From: an uncultured virus (IMG/VR IMGVR_UViG_3300000302_000058)
Taxonomy: Duplodnaviria; Heunggongvirae; Uroviricota; Caudoviricetes
Strand: one strand, 5' to 3'
DNA: 64,000 nucleotides
Virus record (IMG/VR): IMGVR_UViG_3300000302_000058
Below are positions 1 through 9,093 of the stretch, piece by piece. Position 1 is the stretch's first letter; each line of letters begins with the position of its first letter. The notes under the pieces were generated by a model. It saw only the letters and a program-made list of their open reading frames with translations. It searched no databases and was not told the origin of the DNA. The position numbers and the translations under genes were made by a program.

Positions 1-78
1 GCGGCGGTGGCGGTGGTGGCGGCGGTGGCGGTGGTGGCGGTGGTAAAAAAGGCGGCGGCGGAGGCGGTGGTGGCTCAG
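1..78 (+). repeat. GGN trinucleotide run encoding a poly-glycine linker
   Basis: ggc/ggt repeats in the TMP frame. Confidence 0.85.
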
Positions 79-3000
79 GAAAGAGTTATGAACCAAAAGA
101 AAAAGACCGCGTAGAAAATGAACTTGACCGCTATGAACGAGTAAACGCCGAACTTGATACCCTAGCTAATCGCTACGAGGCTGTTGCTGATGAACAAGAG
201 CGTCTTGTAGGTTTTGATGTTGCTGACAATATGTCCAAGCAAATTAAACTTATTCAAGAACAAATCAAGTGGGAAGAAAAAAAATTAAAGATTCAAAAAG
301 ATGAAGCAAAAGAATATCGCAATCAGCTTGCTTCTCAATATGGAATCACTTACGATGCTGAAGGACATATTACTAATTATGCCAAGGTTTACAAACGTCT
401 TCTTAATAATCTTAACGGTCTTATTAAACGATATAACGCCACAACTACCGAGTCTGGTCAAGAAGCACTTGATAAGCAAATTGAAGCCGCACAAAAGAAA
501 TTTGATGATTTTAACGATTTGATTGAAGATTATGATGAACTTGTTTCAAATTCTATTCTAGAGACTGAAAAAGAAATTGAAGATTTCTATGACAAAATTG
601 AAGACCTTCAAATTGAAGCATTTGAAAAAGCGGTTGACGCAGTAGATAACATCAAAGACTTCCAAGAAACATTGATTGATTTCAATGCTGTATTTACAGG
701 TCTTAATTCTGACTCCCCATTCCGTGATATGATTACGTCACTTGAAAATCTCAAGACCTATTGGGACGTTAACACTGTCGCTGTTGACGATTACTATGAC
801 GAACTTATCAAACGCAATAAAGAAGCAATGAAGAATGCTTCTGCTGAACAAAAGAAGAATTTAAAATATCAAAATGCTGTTCTTGAAGCCGCACGCGAAC
901 AATATGGCAAGGGAACTTTTGAAGCTGGCGGTACAGGATTGTTTGATATGGCAATGTCCAATCTTAATACAATTCTTGAGCAGATGCGACAATTTGAAAA
1001 GACTGGCACCTCGACAATCTTCGGCGAGAATTCTGGTTCTATGTACGAGGTTGGCAACGATATCTTTGAACAAGCTACGAGCTTACTAGAAGATTACGAA
1101 GGTCATGTTGACGATTTGCGTGACGCTATTGTTGACGCCATTGACGAAATTGGCGATAAGATGGACGAACGTCTTGAAACTTACGAGAACATCAATGATG
1201 AGCTTGAACATTACGCCGATATTATTGAAATGGTGCAAGGCGAGAATGCTTACGACCAACTTAATCAAGTATCTCAAGCCACAATTGCTAATAATCAAGC
1301 AACCATCAACGAACTTAAACAAAACATCGCACTTTGGCAAGATATGCTTGCGGCGATGGAAGAAGGTTCAGAAGAATGGAAGACGGTTAATGAGTATATT
1401 ACCGATGCTCAACAAGAACTTCTAGAGAAGACTTCTGATACCGTCGAAGAAATGCTTGATATGTACGAACGTGGAGTCCAAAACATTCTCGATAAATGGA
1501 TTGGCTCTACGGGCATGGGCGATGATTTGGACTGGATTGCCGAAGAGTGGGAACTCATCAACCGTAATGCTGATTACTATCTTGATGATGTTAACGCCGC
1601 ATACGAAATCCAAAAGCTACAAGGTAAGTATCTTGACCTATTGGATGATGCGAACGGTCTTGACGTTCAGAATCAAATCACTCAACAAATGGCACAGCAG
1701 CTCGCTTATCTCCGCGAGAAGGATAAGCTTTCCGAGTATGATGTTCAGTATGCTAATGCTCAGCTAGAGATTCTACAAAAGACCATTGCTCTCCAAGAGG
1801 CCCAGAGAAACAAGTCTCAGTTGCAACTCCGTCGTGACAATCAGGGTAACTACTCTTACGTATACACTGCGGATGAAAATGACACTCGTGCGGCTCAAGG
1901 TGATTTGCTTGATGCTCAAAATAACGCTTACAATCTTTCCAAAGACCAGATGCAACAGACGCAAGCCGATTCTTTAAGTGCTTTGCAAGACGCACGAGAC
2001 ACGCTTGAACAAATCTGGACTAATGCCAATCTAACGCTTGAAGAGAAGACTAAACGTACACAAACTATCATTGATTCTTTGAAGGAATACTTGGCAGGAA
2101 CCAGTGAACAACTTTCCGAATCTGAAAAGAATATCATCAATGATTTCATCGGTATGTGCGATATTCTTACCGACGAAAATGATGAACGTTTACAAGATGT
2201 GTATGAGCAAATCATCAATGGTAACAAAGATGCCTTTGACCAGATTGATACACGCTGGCAAACTTCCATTACTAACTGGCTACAGAATATGGAAGATTTC
2301 AATGCTGCTACTGACGAATCATTCCAAGGTCTAATTGATAACTTTGAAGATTATCAGGGACAGCTTGACGAACTTGGTGACCTTGCGGGTATGACATTTG
2401 ACGATATGTCAGATAGCATCCAGAACGCAGTCGATAAAACTAACGACCTTGCAAGTTCTACTTCTTCGTTTATTAGTCAGCTAAAGAACGATGCAGGTAC
2501 GGTTAAAGAGTACGAAGCCGCTCTTGCAGACATGACCGCAAAGATTCAAGACGCTGAAAATGGTATGCGTGCATACCAAGAGCAAGTGAATCAATTACAG
2601 CAGAATCTTACTGCTAAAGAGCAAGAGAATGCTAACCTTACTTCTCAGGTACAAGACTTACAGTCTCAGATTGACGCTATGAAGAATCCTAATAGTGGTT
2701 CTGGCGGTAGCGGCAGCGGTGGAGGAAGTGGTGGCAGCGAAGCCGACCGCAGTCTTGCTTGGGGCATCGCACAAGCCATTTGGACTTATGGTGGAGCTTC
2801 TGGTTGGGGTAATGACCCAATTCGTTCTGGCAAGCTTACTAAAGCTTACGGTTCTGCTTTTGCTCGCCAAGTACAGTCTATCATTAACCAATACTATCGT
2901 TCTGGCAAGCTTGTTAATTTTGGTTCTATGAAGTATAGCTCCTATAACCTTATCGGTTATGACACAGGTGGCTTCACGGGTAAAGACTGGACTGCTTCTG

Positions 3001-3317
3001 AAAAAGCCAACGGTAAGATTGGACTTCTCCACGAGAAAGAACTTGTACTTAACAAGACCGATACCGAGAATATTCTTAACGCCGTTGATATGGTGCGTTC
3101 TATGGTAGCTCTTGGCCGCAATGGTAATTATAACGATATCATTCGCCAAAGCAATAATGTCGTTGATATGGCGAGTGTTGTTCAACCACTTGATGATATG
3201 GGACAAACCATCTATCAGGTTGAATGTACGTTCCCGAACGCAACTAATGTTGACGAAATTCAGCGTGCAATCCTCACGCTTCCTGATATTGCTCCTCAAT
3301 ATGCTTATAAGTCTTAG
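1..3317 (+). CDS. Tape measure protein, C-terminal part (starts before window)
   Basis: Frame is open from base 3 (poly-Gly linker, then KSYEPKEKDR...) into the 1028-aa ORF. Long acidic coiled-coil with C-terminal GYDTGGFTG...LHEKELVLN motif typical of TMP ends; precedes tail genes. Confidence 0.8.
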   Translation, partial: GGGGGGGGGGGGGGKKGGGGGGGGSGKSYEPKEKDRVENELDRYERVNAELDTLANRYEAVADEQERLVGFDVADNMSKQIKLIQEQIKWEEKKLKIQKDEAKEYRNQLASQYGITYDAEGHITNYAKVYKRLLNNLNGLIKRYNATTTESGQEALDKQIEAAQKKFDDFNDLIEDYDELVSNSILETEKEIEDFYDKIEDLQIEAFEKAVDAVDNIKDFQETLIDFNAVFTGLNSDSPFRDMITSLENLKTYWDVNTVAVDDYYDELIKRNKEAMKNASAEQKKNLKYQNAVLEAAREQYGKGTFEAGGTGLFDMAMSNLNTILEQMRQFEKTGTSTIFGENSGSMYEVGNDIFEQATSLLEDYEGHVDDLRDAIVDAIDEIGDKMDERLETYENINDELEHYADIIEMVQGENAYDQLNQVSQATIANNQATINELKQNIALWQDMLAAMEEGSEEWKTVNEYITDAQQELLEKTSDTVEEMLDMYERGVQNILDKWIGSTGMGDDLDWIAEEWELINRNADYYLDDVNAAYEIQKLQGKYLDLLDDANGLDVQNQITQQMAQQLAYLREKDKLSEYDVQYANAQLEILQKTIALQEAQRNKSQLQLRRDNQGNYSYVYTADENDTRAAQGDLLDAQNNAYNLSKDQMQQTQADSLSALQDARDTLEQIWTNANLTLEEKTKRTQTIIDSLKEYLAGTSEQLSESEKNIINDFIGMCDILTDENDERLQDVYEQIINGNKDAFDQIDTRWQTSITNWLQNMEDFNAATDESFQGLIDNFEDYQGQLDELGDLAGMTFDDMSDSIQNAVDKTNDLASSTSSFISQLKNDAGTVKEYEAALADMTAKIQDAENGMRAYQEQVNQLQQNLTAKEQENANLTSQVQDLQSQIDAMKNPNSGSGGSGSGGGSGGSEADRSLAWGIAQAIWTYGGASGWGNDPIRSGKLTKAYGSAFARQVQSIINQYYRSGKLVNFGSMKYSSYNLIGYDTGGFTGKDWTASEKANGKIGLLHEKELVLNKTDTENILNAVDMVRSMVALGRNGNYNDIIRQSNNVVDMASVVQPLDDMGQTIYQVECTFPNATNVDEIQRAILTLPDIAPQYAYKS

Positions 3318-3326
3318 GTATCTATT

Positions 3327-3368
3327 GGGCGAAATTGGGTAAAATCTAATATAGAGTTTTCAATATAT
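3327..3368 (+). promoter_or_regulatory. Putative phage-specific promoter (GGGC-N30-YATATA type)
   Basis: gggc gaaattgggt aaaatctaat atagagtttt caatatatt; same spacing at 8 other sites. Confidence 0.55.
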
Positions 3369-3389
3369 TAGAGCATACAAGGATTCTTA

Positions 3390-3430
3390 GCGGGTAAGGG
3401 CTAATTATGCTCTTACCCGCTTTTTTATTT
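3390..3430 (+). terminator. Rho-independent terminator-like hairpin
   Basis: gcgggtaagggc / gctcttacccgc stem followed by a T-run. Confidence 0.75.
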
Positions 3431-3446
3431 TAGAGAGAAAAGGAGG

Positions 3447-6400
3447 GTGGCTTTGGCTACAAGTAGTAACTTACAAGATTCCCTGTTACAGGCAATCGAC
3501 TATTTGGTAAACAATCGAGTAGATAAAATCTCGAAAGACGTTACAATTACAGCCACCATCAAAAAAGTTGTAAATAGTCTTACTGGAGAATATCAAGTAA
3601 ACTATAACGGTGGTTTTTTGAATGCTTATGCTCAAGAGGGGGCAAGCTACTCAGAGAATCAAGAGGTTTACGTTTTAATTCCTGAGAATAATTGGTCAAA
3701 ACGCAAACTGATTATCGGCAAAGCTTCTCAAATCACTGAGGACGAAAATATTACCTTTGTATCTTCGCTAATCAATGACTATAATATGATTGGTCAGAAC
3801 ACTGTTGTTGATACAAACAGCGTTTTGCCGCAAGGTTTACATTCTTATCTTACGAGTGAATATATACTACTATATCAGCACGGAGACGAAGAACATAGTA
3901 TCTTAACATTTAACGAGAACGAATTCTCTAATTATATCAAAGATGCTGAAGCGTTACTTATTGAAGCATCTTTTATGACACGTTTACCAAGAGCACACAG
4001 ACTTGCTAAGAATGGTAAATATGGCATTCAATTCGTTCTTGCTTTTAAGAATCAGGATAGACCAGAAGAAACTAAGTATGTTTCTTACGTTCTTGATTCT
4101 AATAATATGACTGGAAATCCGTTCCTTTATAACTCTTACACAGACCAGTATGCAATCTTTCCAATAGATGCAGAGAATTATCTCTACGTAGATAGCATTA
4201 TGATTTGGTCTGAGGGATTTGTAACTGAAAGCGATACTGTACAAGCCGATTTCTGGGGAGCAGATATTCTAGTCAAAGAGCCAGAGATTTATGGCTTGCG
4301 GCAAGTCACTGCTACAAATGGCGACTACGTACTTCGTTTAGCTACGCCGCAAGGTGCTGTGTTCACTTCTTTTGAACAAACAGAGACTTTGACCGCAATG
4401 GGTACAGTAATGTATCAGGTCAACACTAATGTTTCAGATTCTACCACTTACTATTGGTTCGCTAAAGACGATAGAATTGACGCTAGTTCAGAAGAATATA
4501 ATATCTATGGTGGTAGCGGTTGGAGATATTTAAGCGGCAAAGGTAATAACCGCGAAATGGAAACGAGCGGCTACGAGAATCGTGCTTATGAAAATATATA
4601 TATGCTTGCGGCTGTATATAAGGAACAAGTAATCTTAAAGCAAGAATTTACTTTCTATAATGAAGCCGCAAGTCGAGATATTACTATTGAGTCTGACCTT
4701 GGTACGACTTTTAGCTTTGACCGTGGTACACCGGTTCTTACTTGTATGATTGACGGGCATAGCTCAGAGTTTGACCCAGATTATCCTGATGAATACTTTA
4801 CTTTCTCTTGGAGTAAGATTGATGAATATGGTGGCACCACGGCTCTAAATGTTACTTACGAAGATTTAAAGAAACAATATGATGAAGCTATTGAGGCTGG
4901 TTTAGAATATAACATTATCGCTTCTATTCGCAATCGAATGATTGAAATGGAAGGCGTGGAATTTAACCACAACGTACTAAAGTATCCAATTAGTCAGATT
5001 GCGGCGAGTGCTACCTTCTCTTGTTCGGTGTTCTTAAAAGAAACTGAGACGGGAGATAGCTTCTTTATCGGCAGTGCTCAGATTACTTTAAGTAATGAAG
5101 ACGTGGCCTCGCCAACTGATTATTATATTTTAATCGAGAATGGTGACCAAGTATTTCAATATTCGGAGTCTGGTGTAGCTCCAACTAGTGAGCGTTATCA
5201 AGACCCGCAAGAGGTTTTGCCGCTAGAGTGTCATTTCTATGACCCTGCGGGGTTAGAGGTCAACGCAGAGACTTATACCGTTAAATGGAAAGTGCCACTA
5301 GATAATACTTTGATTGTTACTCCACGAGAGGGAATGGTAATCAATCCAGCGACGAATCTTGAGGAATGGTATGCACAAGCGACTTATCCTCTTGATATTG
5401 AAGATAGTTACGACTATCAAGCAACAACTAATCAAGTTACTTGTATTGTAACATACCAAGGAGTTGAATACCAGCGAGATTCAGACCTGTTCTTTACGAA
5501 GGTTGGTGAGAACGGCACTAATGGTACAGACGTTGTTTGTAAAATTAGTCCGGTCAAAGAACCTTCTAAGGGTCTGTTGGCTATTAAGACAACTAACAAT
5601 ACTAGTCCTGAGTGGAATAATGGTCAGGGAATGGGCGTTGTGCCGCTAAAATTCCAAGCCTACAACCGCACAGAACTTTTAAACACACCAACTGTTCTTT
5701 GGACTATCTCTGGCGGCAATGGCAATCAAAGTCGTTATCTATCCATTGGAAGAGAGATAGGCGATATCAATTGGGAAGATAGCGGTAGTGGTCATAGAAA
5801 TCAAATCGTTCGTGGCGAGACTGATTTCGAAGGTCAAACTTACTATGCTTTCTATCCCATTCCGCACATTGATTATAGAAGTGGCACTAACTACGAAGTT
5901 ATTATCAACAAGACTTGGACATTAAAGAGTATTACCTACAACGCGGATGGCCGCAATCCTCTTTACAATAAGAATCAAGGGTTGTTCTTCTCGTTGAGTA
6001 ATGGTGCGGCTAATAAATATATTGTCTTTGATGCTATTGGAGGAATCGAAGACAACTCTAACTCTGCGGCGATTAGTCTTTCTTTCGAGAAAAACACTAA
6101 GAGTACAATCAAGAGTGTTCAAGGTAACAATGTAAACGAAGACGGTTTGTATTATGTGTACATTACACCCAATGACGTATATGATGGTGCGTGGTGTAAT
6201 AACATCGTGCGAGCTAGGATTTACGGTTCTGAACAAGAAGTTGGACAGAATCCAGAGGCAACTATTTATATGCCGATATATATGTCACTTAATACTTTTG
6301 GTCTGGCTTCTTTAAACGCTTGGGATGGTAATCACGTTGAAATCAATGAAGACGAAAACTATATCCTTGCACCGCAAATCGGTGCCGGTTATAAAGATGA

Positions 6401-8564
6401 CAACAACCGCTTTACCGGTGTGGTTATGGGTACAGCTCAGACTTATGACCAGAGTGAACCGAATGTTGGACTTTTGGGGTATAGCGAAGGTAAACAATCT
6501 ATCTTCTTGGATGCGGAAACTGGTAATGCAATATTTGGCTTACCGGAAGACCAAGCAAGTACGAATAATCATTATACAGAAGGACGCATCGAGCTAATCC
6601 CCGGTGGTGAATCTAAGATTGGTATGTGGACAATTGGTTCACGTGCTATGTATAACATGACTCAACCACCCACCCCAATAGGTAAAGATGAAGAGGGGAA
6701 TATCGAGTTCGAAGATAGTTATATTGGTGTAGCTCCTGATATACCATATAGAGATTATCCTGTGCCGGACGCTCAAATTTCTATTCCACCAGAAGCGCAA
6801 GGTTTAATTCTTAATGCTAATCCCGCATATATTTCAGTTAAGGGTATGCCGCTAAACGATGATAATTCTAACATCGACTGGGAAGGTGCTAATACCACCA
6901 TTAAGCGCGGAGATAGCATCGAAGTAGAGCTTGACCCTCGAAAAAGCTCCGTATTTTCTATCTATCGTCATACTACTTGGGACGGAGACGAAAATACTGG
7001 CAGTTGGCGTAGATATCCGATGGTTGGTATCAATGCTAATGGACAATTCTATACTAATGCCATTGAAGATGGCGAGTCTTCGATGGGTATTGGTAGGATT
7101 GGTGCTTTCGGATATGGAGCTTCAGATGATAGATGGGTAGGTGCTCAGTTTGCCTACCAAGGAACAAATATTTTTAAGTTTTTTGTTCCTAATAATGGTA
7201 CGTCTGCGGCCACTCGTCCATTATACATAACTGCTGGTACAACTATTAGAGACGAATATCCACGTGATTTTAATATCTATGGTAACACTATTAACCTTTA
7301 CAGTAGTGAGACAAGTAGTACAGAAACAACCTCGCCGCATTGGTTCACTATGTCCAATGATTTGACTTCTATTGGACACACTAATAATTACATCCAGATT
7401 CCGAGTGCGGCTGGTAGCAACGAACACAATTTTGAAGTTAACACGCAAGCCAATGCCAACTTTAATTTTACGGGTGCTAAGACAGATATTACAAATGCTC
7501 AGGCAATGACTTTTAGCACTAAGACTTTCACAGGAACAATTAACTCTGGTGGAGCTAATAATCAAGCTTTAACGCTTAATATTACTGGTAGTGCTACAAT
7601 TCAAAATTTTAGAGATTTGAACATTACGAGCAACGCTTTTTCAAGTGCTCCTGCTAAGAATTATAGTCTCACCATTAAGCAGGCTGTAAACAGCAGTGCC
7701 AGTGGAACACGTGTAAGCACTGCTCAAATGCGGTTGGGTAATAATAACACTTATCTTGAATTGAACAACGATACTGTTACTAAGCTTAACGGTAATTTAG
7801 GTGTTAATATTGAATCTGCTACTCAGCCAATCAAGATTCGTTCAAATCAATCCGCAGATGGGGTACAGATTGATGCTTATTGGGGCGGAAGTACGAGTAC
7901 GGCTGGGCATCCTTATTTGCATCTCACGCCGCAATCTAGTGGTACAGGAGATTTCGTTCTTTCTTCTGGACACGGTACAGTAAGGTCAATGGGAGACTTA
8001 GGAAATAATCGTCAAGGTGTTCAGATTACTCCCGGTATTTCTACTAGATTTTTAGTTGTTACAAGTTATGTAAATAATGATGATAGTTCAGGAATTAATT
8101 GTTCTATTTTAGCAAACAACGCTATTATGTCTAGAAGTGGACGTATTGAAGCAATGAATGCGAATGTCTATGGTGATAATTTTGGCTTTAATTCATCTCA
8201 TTCATTTACCGCTCATGGCAACACATATAGCAGTACTAGCTTGTTACAACATTTAACTAATTTGTATAGATTGGTAAGTAACGCATATAACAGAGCTGAT
8301 AGTGCATATACTAGAGCTGGAAACGCACTTGATGATGCGGCAGATGCTATGAGTAGAGCCAACAGTGCATATAACCGTGCCGGTGATGCTTTAACTACTG
8401 CCAATAGTAAGGTCAGCACTAGTACATTCAATAATCACCATCATACTGTGTACTATAATATGCAGACAGCGCTTTATGCAGTTGAGCCAGAGCAGTCAAG
8501 ATTTTATCTTACGAACCTTGGTACCAGTGGCGCTTATAGTGGAAATACTAGTGGACCTCGTTAA
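3447..8564 (+). CDS. Large baseplate / central spike or fibre protein
   Basis: 1705 aa directly after TMP; beta-rich body, C-terminal heptad repeats (AYNRADS/AYTRAGN) and NHHHT motif. True start may be TTG at 3453. Confidence 0.6.
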   Translation: MALATSSNLQDSLLQAIDYLVNNRVDKISKDVTITATIKKVVNSLTGEYQVNYNGGFLNAYAQEGASYSENQEVYVLIPENNWSKRKLIIGKASQITEDENITFVSSLINDYNMIGQNTVVDTNSVLPQGLHSYLTSEYILLYQHGDEEHSILTFNENEFSNYIKDAEALLIEASFMTRLPRAHRLAKNGKYGIQFVLAFKNQDRPEETKYVSYVLDSNNMTGNPFLYNSYTDQYAIFPIDAENYLYVDSIMIWSEGFVTESDTVQADFWGADILVKEPEIYGLRQVTATNGDYVLRLATPQGAVFTSFEQTETLTAMGTVMYQVNTNVSDSTTYYWFAKDDRIDASSEEYNIYGGSGWRYLSGKGNNREMETSGYENRAYENIYMLAAVYKEQVILKQEFTFYNEAASRDITIESDLGTTFSFDRGTPVLTCMIDGHSSEFDPDYPDEYFTFSWSKIDEYGGTTALNVTYEDLKKQYDEAIEAGLEYNIIASIRNRMIEMEGVEFNHNVLKYPISQIAASATFSCSVFLKETETGDSFFIGSAQITLSNEDVASPTDYYILIENGDQVFQYSESGVAPTSERYQDPQEVLPLECHFYDPAGLEVNAETYTVKWKVPLDNTLIVTPREGMVINPATNLEEWYAQATYPLDIEDSYDYQATTNQVTCIVTYQGVEYQRDSDLFFTKVGENGTNGTDVVCKISPVKEPSKGLLAIKTTNNTSPEWNNGQGMGVVPLKFQAYNRTELLNTPTVLWTISGGNGNQSRYLSIGREIGDINWEDSGSGHRNQIVRGETDFEGQTYYAFYPIPHIDYRSGTNYEVIINKTWTLKSITYNADGRNPLYNKNQGLFFSLSNGAANKYIVFDAIGGIEDNSNSAAISLSFEKNTKSTIKSVQGNNVNEDGLYYVYITPNDVYDGAWCNNIVRARIYGSEQEVGQNPEATIYMPIYMSLNTFGLASLNAWDGNHVEINEDENYILAPQIGAGYKDDNNRFTGVVMGTAQTYDQSEPNVGLLGYSEGKQSIFLDAETGNAIFGLPEDQASTNNHYTEGRIELIPGGESKIGMWTIGSRAMYNMTQPPTPIGKDEEGNIEFEDSYIGVAPDIPYRDYPVPDAQISIPPEAQGLILNANPAYISVKGMPLNDDNSNIDWEGANTTIKRGDSIEVELDPRKSSVFSIYRHTTWDGDENTGSWRRYPMVGINANGQFYTNAIEDGESSMGIGRIGAFGYGASDDRWVGAQFAYQGTNIFKFFVPNNGTSAATRPLYITAGTTIRDEYPRDFNIYGNTINLYSSETSSTETTSPHWFTMSNDLTSIGHTNNYIQIPSAAGSNEHNFEVNTQANANFNFTGAKTDITNAQAMTFSTKTFTGTINSGGANNQALTLNITGSATIQNFRDLNITSNAFSSAPAKNYSLTIKQAVNSSASGTRVSTAQMRLGNNNTYLELNNDTVTKLNGNLGVNIESATQPIKIRSNQSADGVQIDAYWGGSTSTAGHPYLHLTPQSSGTGDFVLSSGHGTVRSMGDLGNNRQGVQITPGISTRFLVVTSYVNNDDSSGINCSILANNAIMSRSGRIEAMNANVYGDNFGFNSSHSFTAHGNTYSSTSLLQHLTNLYRLVSNAYNRADSAYTRAGNALDDAADAMSRANSAYNRAGDALTTANSKVSTSTFNNHHHTVYYNMQTALYAVEPEQSRFYLTNLGTSGAYSGNTSGPR

Positions 8565-8592
8565 TCTTGTTGAAAAAAGGAGATAAAAGGAT

Positions 8593-8817
8593 ATGACACA
8601 AGAACAATTTCGTTTAGAGCTTCAGAATGCTATTCAACAATGCCTTGATGGTATTCAGATGCAAAATCAAGTAACGTCAGCGGCGATGGAGGATGCAATC
8701 AATAAATACCTTGTAACGCTCAAAGACAAAGTATTGCAAGAATTTATCGCCGCTGCTTCTCAGCCGCCTGTGGCTGAGGAACAGCTAACAAAGGAGGAAG
8801 AGAGTGGCACAGAGTAG
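8593..8817 (+). CDS. Hypothetical protein
   Basis: Strong SD (aaaggagataaaagga), 74 aa, operonic. Confidence 0.7.
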   Translation: MTQEQFRLELQNAIQQCLDGIQMQNQVTSAAMEDAINKYLVTLKDKVLQEFIAAASQPPVAEEQLTKEEESGTE

Positions 8818-9076
8818 TACAATGTCACTCGTTCGTAAAGTAGCTGAGAAGCAACAGGACGGCACCCTTGGTCAAGATAGTACCATCGGTGCCGTCTTTA
8901 CGGACGTTGTTGACGGTGAACGAGTTGGGGCTACCGGATATAGTCTTGACCAGTTCATTGATTCTTATTTAGCCTTTATGGCCGCAAATCCTTTTACCTA
9001 CGTTGGTAACGAGGAACCACTTAATCATCATATTGCACTCTGGGTCGATACAAATACGCCTCAGAATAATTTCTAA
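8804..9076 (+). CDS. Small structural protein
   Basis: SD aggagg; C-terminal YVGNEEP...LWVDT fibre-type motif. Confidence 0.65.
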   Translation: MAQSSTMSLVRKVAEKQQDGTLGQDSTIGAVFTDVVDGERVGATGYSLDQFIDSYLAFMAANPFTYVGNEEPLNHHIALWVDTNTPQNNF

Positions 9077-9093
9077 GATAGGAGGGGATTGAA

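Noticed and set aside
2658..3299. 213-aa antisense ORF and other shadow ORFs (e.g. 19421..19879, 24760..25230)
   Set aside because: They lie opposite well-supported genes, lack RBS or motifs, and are explained by codon bias.
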